Source: an uncultured Gammaproteobacteria bacterium
GTDB taxonomy: Bacteria; Pseudomonadota; Gammaproteobacteria; Pseudomonadales; UBA5518
DNA length: 64,000 nt
NCBI GenBank assembly: GCA_903928015.1
Contig: CAIYPF010000132.1
Coordinates: 5,138 to 69,137 of the forward strand
Reading direction: 5' to 3'
Under the pieces are notes generated by a model. It worked only from the letters and a program-made list of their open reading frames with translations. It did not search any database and was not told the origin of the DNA. Made by a program: the position numbers and the translations under genes. Of this stretch, positions 38,138-44,558 are shown piece by piece (position 1 is the stretch's first letter; every line of letters starts with the position of its first letter).

Positions 38138-39960
38138 GGCTGGCTGTCCTGCTGCAGGCCGGCGGAGGCGTCGAGTTGCGCGCGCCAGCGGTGTTCGTGG
38201 ATGACGGCATTCACCAGCGTGACCCGCAGCCGCAGATCGCCCGAGGCGATGCTCTGGAAAGACTGCCGCTCGAGGTGGATCAGTTCAACGCCTGGCTCGT
38301 AGGCGATGTGCAGCCCCGCCTCGCGCAGCGTGAAGCAGAGATCGGAGTCCTCGAAATCCCCGATCAGATAACCGGTATGCCAGCCGCCGATGCGGTCGAA
38401 ATCCGCGCGGCGCATCGCGAGGCAGGCGCCCGTCACGGCCGGCACGCGGGTGAGCTCCCGGTACGGATCGAGGCCGACCGCGAAGCCCATGCCCGGATGA
38501 TCGTTGGTCCAGACATGGAGGTCAGGACGCCAGCGGAACACCATCCCGGCATGTTGTATGGACCCGTCGGGATAGACGAGCCGCGGTGCCACGGCGCCGA
38601 TATCCGCATGTGTGTCCAGCGTCTGCACCAGCGGTTCCAGCCAGCCGGGCGCCTTCGGGAAGACATCGCTGTTCATGAACAGCAGGAGCGGGGCGCGTGC
38701 GTGCGCGGCGCCGAGATTGTTGGCCCCCGAGAAGCCGCGGTTGCGCCCGCCCGAGATCACGCAGAAATCCACGCCGTGCAACAGGTGGTGCTCGCTGGCC
38801 TGGCGGGGGAAGTCCGCCTCGAGACGCGGATCGTCAACCACGTAGAGGATTTCGGCGTGCTCGCGCAGCCATGGGTCGCGCGCGAAGGCCATCAACTGCA
38901 GTTCGACGAAATCCGTGCGCCCGAAGAGCGGCACCACCAGGCTCACCCGCGGCGATGCGGCGCGCGGGCCGAACTCGATCACATGTTCCGTGCTGCGCGC
39001 CCACTGGGCGCGGTCCCGCGATATCAGCGTGGAGACGAGCGGCGCGATGGTCTCGGCGCAGTGGCGGATCTCGGATTGGCGGCTCACGGGCTCCAGCGCC
39101 GCACGCACGATTTCCAGCGCCGAGTCGGGCATGACCTTGACGCGGGTCTTGGAGAGGATATGGATCCGGCTGCCGAACATCGCCTTGAGATAGACCTCGC
39201 CGTGCAGGCGGGTGGTGGTGTCGGCGACCAGGAAGCCGGTGTCTGACCAGGCGCCCGCATAGTCTGCTGCCAGTTCTTGCTGCACGTCACTGCGGAAATA
39301 ACGCCGCGCACCGTGCAGGGCAACCGCGGTGCCGCGCGCGTCTTCGACCCACACCAGTGCATCGGGTTCGCCGAAGAACCAGCCGTTCAGCAGCGTGCAG
39401 CCAGCGGGCTCGGAGGTGGCGCAGTAGTCGACGCTGCCGCGGGCGAAGCCGCACACATCCGTCGATGCGCTGGCGCGTGCGAGCAGCATCTGCCAGACGG
39501 GGGAGTTGGGCGGCAGGAACTTGAGACAGGCGGCACCGGCGTCGCCCAGCGCCGGAAAATTGATGCGCTCGAGCGGAGGGTCGACCTGCAACTCGAGCGC
39601 AATCACGCCGGAATTTCCGCTCACGGCGTCTTTCCAGGCGAGTTCAACGCCGCGCGCCTGCGCCGCGAGGCAGACCATCCCGAAGCCGAGTCCGTTGCCG
39701 GAAGGAAGTGAGCGGCTGGCGGCGACGTCGCCGCGATCGAGGGTGTGTACCTCGGCCTGCAGATCCGTGCCGCCTGCCACGAGGCGCACGGCGATGTGGG
39801 GCGAGAGACGCCAGCCCGCGACGAGCAGCAAGCCCTGTATATGCCAGGCGCCCTCGACATGGACGACGCGGGCCTGTGTGCCGCCGCCGGCATCGGCCCT
39901 GCGGCCAAGTCCCATCGCGCGCAGTCCGCCTTGCAGCCCTGATCCGGTGGAGTCGCTCAT
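38134..39960 (-). CDS. glycosyltransferase: unknown N-terminal domain + GT2 domain
   Basis: The C-terminal half has VSLVVPLFGRTDFVELQL...ILYVVDDPRLE...NRGFSGANNLG...FMNSDVFP...FEDSDLC, which are GT-A/GT2 hallmarks. Confidence 0.8.
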   Translation of the reverse strand: MSDSTGSGLQGGLRAMGLGRRADAGGGTQARVVHVEGAWHIQGLLLVAGWRLSPHIAVRLVAGGTDLQAEVHTLDRGDVAASRSLPSGNGLGFGMVCLAAQARGVELAWKDAVSGNSGVIALELQVDPPLERINFPALGDAGAACLKFLPPNSPVWQMLLARASASTDVCGFARGSVDYCATSEPAGCTLLNGWFFGEPDALVWVEDARGTAVALHGARRYFRSDVQQELAADYAGAWSDTGFLVADTTTRLHGEVYLKAMFGSRIHILSKTRVKVMPDSALEIVRAALEPVSRQSEIRHCAETIAPLVSTLISRDRAQWARSTEHVIEFGPRAASPRVSLVVPLFGRTDFVELQLMAFARDPWLREHAEILYVVDDPRLEADFPRQASEHHLLHGVDFCVISGGRNRGFSGANNLGAAHARAPLLLFMNSDVFPKAPGWLEPLVQTLDTHADIGAVAPRLVYPDGSIQHAGMVFRWRPDLHVWTNDHPGMGFAVGLDPYRELTRVPAVTGACLAMRRADFDRIGGWHTGYLIGDFEDSDLCFTLREAGLHIAYEPGVELIHLERQSFQSIASGDLRLRVTLVNAVIHEHRWRAQLDASAGLQQDSQP

Positions 39961-40006
39961 GGTGCTTTTCCGGTAGAGATGTTGCGAGTCTAACGAAGCC
40001 GCGGGC

Positions 40007-42457
40007 TCAGCGCTGCGTGCGCAACTGTGCCATCAGCACGCCTATGGCTGGGCTTTCCATGCCCCGGGCCCGGCCCGCTTCCAGCATCTCCAGTGCCTCT
40101 GCCCCACGCCCCAGGCGGATCAGCAGTCGCGCGTGATCCGCTGCCATGTGCGGCCTGCAGTGCTCGCTGGCGAGCGATGTGCGTTGGTGTTCCAGTGCCT
40201 CTTCCATGCGCCCCAGAGCGATCAGCGCCTCACCCCACTGGTGGTGAACGGCTGCCCGCATCGTGGCCGGGTTGCGCTCCAGCGCGGATTGCAGCGTGGC
40301 GTTGCCCTCGGTCTCCTGCCCGCCGCGCAGCAATGCCAGCCCCAGGGGAACCCAGGCCCAGGGGTAGTGCTGGTTCAGGGCGATGCAATGCCGCAGATCC
40401 GAGATCGCCTGTTCCCACTCGCGCGAGGCCATCTTCCAGGTGCCGCGGCGGAACCACGGCAGCCACCAGTCGGCGTTCAGCGCGATGGTGCGTTCCGTCC
40501 ACTCGAGCGCCGCCGCGGCCTTGCCGGTTTTGTGGAGCGCCTCGGCATAGGCGATGAGCAGTCCGGGATCGCGGCTGCAGGAGTCCACGGCCTCGGCGTA
40601 GAGCGCGAGCACCTGGTCTGTATCGCCGTTGCCCTCCGCGAGCGCGATCATCTTGCGCCACACGGAGCCGGCGTCTCCGGCGCTCGCCAGCAGGCCGCGG
40701 AAGAGGGCAAGCGCGGTGTCCGTGTCGCCGGACTGCGCGGCGGTTTCCGCGCGCTGCCATGTCTCGAGCAACTGCGCCGTGGAGCCGTCAGCCGCTTGCG
40801 CCTCCGGAGGGCTGACGCCCGCGATGGCGCAGAGCTCTGCGTAGAGTGACATCGCCTCGTCCAGCGTTTCGCCGATCTCGGCGGCTGCCGCGGAGTCATG
40901 GTCGAAAGCGCGGCCTTGCTGGTGCACCAGATCGTCGTCGTAGAACTCGCCTGCCCGCGCCGGATCGATGCGGGAGGCCGACACCAGAGGGGCGCACTCC
41001 AGCCGCAGCGCCGACTCCACCTGCGCGATGAATGTCTCGCGCGGCGCGTCGAAACTCACGATCGGGAAGGGCGCCCTGCGGTGCTCCGCGAGCAGGGCGC
41101 GGTTGTAGCCGATCCACAGACCGAGTCCGTCGCGAAGTTCGATGCGCTGCGAGTCGCGGAAGAACAGCGAGAGCGCCACCGCCATCGGGTGACGGAACAC
41201 CCCGATGCGCAGCGGATTGGGTATGGCCTCGCGCCAGAAGCCGAGCGTGAGCAGCGTGCGCGGGTCCTTGAACATCGGCGGTTTGCCGGTGGTGGAGATG
41301 CGCGTGAGGATCGCGCCGCGCTGGCGGCGGTGCTCTTCGGTTGCCTGCGTCAGCGCGCCTGCCGGAAGCCGGTTCCAGGCCGCGTCATGGCGCTCCAGCA
41401 CGGCATCGTTCAGCCGCACCACCTCGGTGTCTTCACGGTTGCCGCGTTGGTTGTACGGGTCCCAGAGACTCACGATCCCCAGCTCGAAACCCGCCCCCGC
41501 CAGCATCCCGGTGAGACAACTCGTGCCGCTCCTGTGCATGCCGAGCACGAGCAGCGGCGGGTCTTCCACCCGTGGCGTGACGAGGGCCGGGAACAGATGG
41601 CTGCTCTCCTGCCGCGGGCGTCCCAGATAAAGCGGTTTGCGCCAGAGGCCGCGGTAGGGTTTGCCGCGGATGGATTCGTATTCGGCGGACATCCGCGCGA
41701 ATCCTGCGGCCGGATCGGTGGAGTTGGTGGCGACGCCGCCGTGGAACTGGTGGAAGGTGGCTTCGCCCAGCAGCACGATCGGCGTGATCGACGGGCTCTC
41801 GAATGCACGGTTCAGGAAATCGAGGTTGGCGAGCCCGCCGCCCGGGCTCGTGAAGGCCTCGTCGAAGCCGCCGAGCGCGAGGAAGCTCTCGCGCCGCATG
41901 CAGAAGCAGTTGCTTTCGTTCAGCGGGCCCACGAAGCCGTTGCGGTACGAACCGCCGGGCACGGAAATATCAAACAGCCGGTAAGGGTTCGATTCCCAGG
42001 GCACCGTGGCGAGCAGGCGGTCTTCCGCGGTCTGGTCGTAGCCTTCCTGCATGGCCTCGTTCTGCAGCTTGTGCCCGAGGTGCATGCCCAGCGTGATCGC
42101 GAAGGGATCCGGGCACAGGCGCGTTGCCTCGAGAAATCCGCCCACGATGCCGGGCGAGGGGATGCGCGCCCCGTCGATCATCAGCGCCACGAAGGGCGTG
42201 CTTGCTGCCGCCACGGCCGCATTGATGGCCTTGCAGGGCGATACCGCAGCGGTTTGCAGATGCGTGTAGCGGACATTCGCGCCACGTGCGGCGATATCGG
42301 CCGGATCCATGGGGCTGCCGGAGCCGTGTTCCAGCACTTCTACCGTGTAGTCGTCCTGGCTCACATCGAGTTGGCAGCGAGGGTCCAGCGCGAACAGTGT
42401 CCGCGGTGCCTCGCGGCGCATGTCGTGGAGGATGAGGATGACGGTGAGTTGGCTCAT
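40007..42457 (-). CDS. three-domain protein: GT-A-like N-terminal domain + sulfotransferase domain + C-terminal TPR repeats
   Basis: N-terminal: LTVILILHDMRREAPRTL...FVALMIDGARIP...FDEAFTSPGGGLANLDF. Middle: PPLLVLGMHRSGTSCLTGML...GVFRHPMAVALSLFFR (PAPS-loop-like motifs). C-terminal ~300 aa: Ala/Leu-rich 34-aa-type repeats (ALALFRGLLA..., AYAEALHKTGKAAAALEW..., GEALIALGRMEEALEH...). Confidence 0.8.
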   Translation of the reverse strand: MSQLTVILILHDMRREAPRTLFALDPRCQLDVSQDDYTVEVLEHGSGSPMDPADIAARGANVRYTHLQTAAVSPCKAINAAVAAASTPFVALMIDGARIPSPGIVGGFLEATRLCPDPFAITLGMHLGHKLQNEAMQEGYDQTAEDRLLATVPWESNPYRLFDISVPGGSYRNGFVGPLNESNCFCMRRESFLALGGFDEAFTSPGGGLANLDFLNRAFESPSITPIVLLGEATFHQFHGGVATNSTDPAAGFARMSAEYESIRGKPYRGLWRKPLYLGRPRQESSHLFPALVTPRVEDPPLLVLGMHRSGTSCLTGMLAGAGFELGIVSLWDPYNQRGNREDTEVVRLNDAVLERHDAAWNRLPAGALTQATEEHRRQRGAILTRISTTGKPPMFKDPRTLLTLGFWREAIPNPLRIGVFRHPMAVALSLFFRDSQRIELRDGLGLWIGYNRALLAEHRRAPFPIVSFDAPRETFIAQVESALRLECAPLVSASRIDPARAGEFYDDDLVHQQGRAFDHDSAAAAEIGETLDEAMSLYAELCAIAGVSPPEAQAADGSTAQLLETWQRAETAAQSGDTDTALALFRGLLASAGDAGSVWRKMIALAEGNGDTDQVLALYAEAVDSCSRDPGLLIAYAEALHKTGKAAAALEWTERTIALNADWWLPWFRRGTWKMASREWEQAISDLRHCIALNQHYPWAWVPLGLALLRGGQETEGNATLQSALERNPATMRAAVHHQWGEALIALGRMEEALEHQRTSLASEHCRPHMAADHARLLIRLGRGAEALEMLEAGRARGMESPAIGVLMAQLRTQR

Positions 42458-42568
42458 CGCGGCTGTTCCTGGCCCTGCAGCCCGTTCTGACGGGCGGGTC
42501 GTGGTAATCGGCGCTGCGAGGTCCCGGTCTCGGGTCCGGCCCGAATGGCGCCCCCGGGAGCCGGAAGT

Positions 42569-43564
42569 CTACAGCGTCGCCCGGACCTTTCGGAAAGCCT
42601 CGGCGAGCAGCGCGTGACCTTCAGTCGAGCAGAGCCACTGGTCACAGGGAGCGCCCCGCTCCCGGAAACTCTTTTCGACGTTGTCTGCATCGGGCAGCGC
42701 GATGCGCGGGTAGGCGCTGAGGGCCCGCCGTGCCGAGCGCTCCACTTCGCTGCCGCGCAGGCTGAACGGGCGCATGCAGGCGGAGATGCGCCGCTGTGCC
42801 TCGGCGAGCAGCACCTGCATGCCGGCGTCGGATTTGCGCAAGCGGAGCAGTGTCTGGCGCACGTTGGCGTAGCGCAGTACCCCGGCCTCCTGTGCCGCCG
42901 CGTTCAGTGCACGCATGAACTCCGCGAACCAGAGCTCCATCGTGATGTTGGCGCGCAGCGGCGTGCCGAAGCGGGTGAGTCCGGGAGCGTCACAGGCAAT
43001 GGCGAAGGCGTCGAAGATGTCGCCCACGGCCCTTGCCGCGTCATAGTCCACGACGCGTATCGCCTCGGCGCCGAAGGCGCTGCGGTAGCCGTCGAGCACC
43101 CTGCAAGGATTCAGCAGCGGGCTTGCGAACGGTGCCGTGAGATGTGGGTTGGCATATTCGTGGAAGCCCAGAACGCCCCCGTGCTTCACGTGCTCCTGCC
43201 AGGAGGACAGCAGAAGTTCTGTGGCATCACGGAGGAAGTACACGACGCTCACGGCGCGCGCCGCAGGCAGAGCGGTTTGCAAGCGGCGCACACCCGGTGC
43301 GCGCAGCAGGTCGAAGTTTTCCGAGGAGAGGATCAGTAGCTCCGCGTCCGATGCCGCAAGCGGTTCGAGCAGTGCCGCCAGCGCTGCCTCGTCCCCCGAC
43401 CGGGCGACATCTGCGACCTTGTGGTGCGCGAAGCCGGCGTCCAGTCCCGCGCTGCAGTAGTCCACGCCTACCGAGCGCAGTGCCTCGCGGTTCTCGTGGA
43501 GCCGGGTCTGTATGTAGGTGGTACCCGTCTTGTGCGGGCCGATATGCAGGACGATGCGGGACAT
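42569..43564 (-). CDS. sulfotransferase-like P-loop protein
   Basis: MSRIVLHIGPHKTGTTYIQTRL. It is a paralogue of the ORF at 14560..15252. It sits inside the capsule locus. Confidence 0.6.
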   Translation of the reverse strand: MSRIVLHIGPHKTGTTYIQTRLHENREALRSVGVDYCSAGLDAGFAHHKVADVARSGDEAALAALLEPLAASDAELLILSSENFDLLRAPGVRRLQTALPAARAVSVVYFLRDATELLLSSWQEHVKHGGVLGFHEYANPHLTAPFASPLLNPCRVLDGYRSAFGAEAIRVVDYDAARAVGDIFDAFAIACDAPGLTRFGTPLRANITMELWFAEFMRALNAAAQEAGVLRYANVRQTLLRLRKSDAGMQVLLAEAQRRISACMRPFSLRGSEVERSARRALSAYPRIALPDADNVEKSFRERGAPCDQWLCSTEGHALLAEAFRKVRATL

Positions 43565-43627
43565 GATGTGTAGTCCGGTTTTCCGGTAGTACGGGAAAGA
43601 CGCCAGCGCAGGCGGCCCGGTCCGGGT

Positions 43628-44338
43628 TCAGCCCGAAGGGCCGAACACGGTCGGCGGCGCCCGCGGGTAGTCGAACTGGTCGAAATCGATGCTGTACTTC
43701 TCGAGGATCCTGTTCAGGACCTTGGGGCGTTCGCTGATGCCCTGCGCGCTGCCGTCGCCGCCGCTCTGGTTGGCGTGCGGAATCTGGATGCGCTCCTTGA
43801 TGTGCGTGGGTGCATCGATGACATCCAGGATATGCCTGAGATCCTCGCCCAGCGTCTCGAGCTTGCCCACGAAGGATGGCAGCAGCTTGCTGTTGAAGGC
43901 CTCGCGCAGCCAGTAGGCTTGAGGACGGAAGATCTGGTCAGGCCCGTGGCCCTCGTCCCAGATATCGGAGAGCACGTAATCGTCGAAACTCTGGAAGGCG
44001 CGCATGCGCTCGATGAAGCTGTTGGTGGGTCCGGGCCATTTGCGCAGGAAGTTGTAGGTGGATGCGGCGCGGGTGAAGGGATTGCGCACGAAGCTGAAGG
44101 TGAAATACCGGTTCCAGGTCACCGCGCCGATCAGGCTGCGGATCTCGGCTGCGGTGGAGTGTTTGGCGAGGCCGAAGCGCTTCAGGTACGCGCCCTGGAT
44201 TTCCTCGCCGAACACCGTACCGCCGATCTCCTGATCGCAGTAGTTCGTGAGCACGCCGAGCGCCGCCGTCACCGAGGTGCCGGCAGCCTTGGGGACGTGT
44301 ACGAAGACGAAGCGGTAGCTGTTGTTGATGATCGTCAT
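43628..44338 (-). CDS. sulfotransferase (family 2-like)
   Basis: The ATG at 44338 gives MTIINNSYRFVFVHVPKAAGTSV (5'-PSB-like loop), then FVRNPFTRAASTYNF (3'-PB-like motif). The start overlaps the stop of the upstream 63-aa ORF (ATGA). Confidence 0.8.
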   Translation of the reverse strand: MTIINNSYRFVFVHVPKAAGTSVTAALGVLTNYCDQEIGGTVFGEEIQGAYLKRFGLAKHSTAAEIRSLIGAVTWNRYFTFSFVRNPFTRAASTYNFLRKWPGPTNSFIERMRAFQSFDDYVLSDIWDEGHGPDQIFRPQAYWLREAFNSKLLPSFVGKLETLGEDLRHILDVIDAPTHIKERIQIPHANQSGGDGSAQGISERPKVLNRILEKYSIDFDQFDYPRAPPTVFGPSG

Positions 44339-44526
44339 GCGGAGGGGACTTTCCGCAGGGCCTCGAGGATGGACTTCATTGCCGGCAGAGGTACCCACAC
44401 CTCGTGGCTGGGCACGGCCTTGCCGTCGACTTCCAGCCGCATGAATTGCATGCGGGCCACGCCGTTGTGGATGGCGATGTTGCTCACGCCGTCGACGAGG
44501 AATACAGGTGGCTTGTCTTGTTGCAT
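44335..44526 (-). CDS. small hypothetical protein (63 aa), translationally coupled to the downstream sulfotransferase
   Basis: The ATG at 44526 has GGAG 6 nt upstream. The stop TGA overlaps the ATG of the next gene. I recognise no family. Confidence 0.55.
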   Translation of the reverse strand: MQQDKPPVFLVDGVSNIAIHNGVARMQFMRLEVDGKAVPSHEVWVPLPAMKSILEALRKVPSA

Positions 44527-44558
44527 ATGTGCTCCGGTTCAGTTGCCAGTGTTGCTGC

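Noticed and set aside
36207-38210. 667-aa minus-strand ORF overlapping both the plus-strand sulfotransferase and the GT4 gene
   Set aside because: It is out of frame with the GT4 gene (36887-38137), which has clear GT-B motifs, and antisense to the sulfotransferase. It is Arg/Pro/Gly-rich with no domain.
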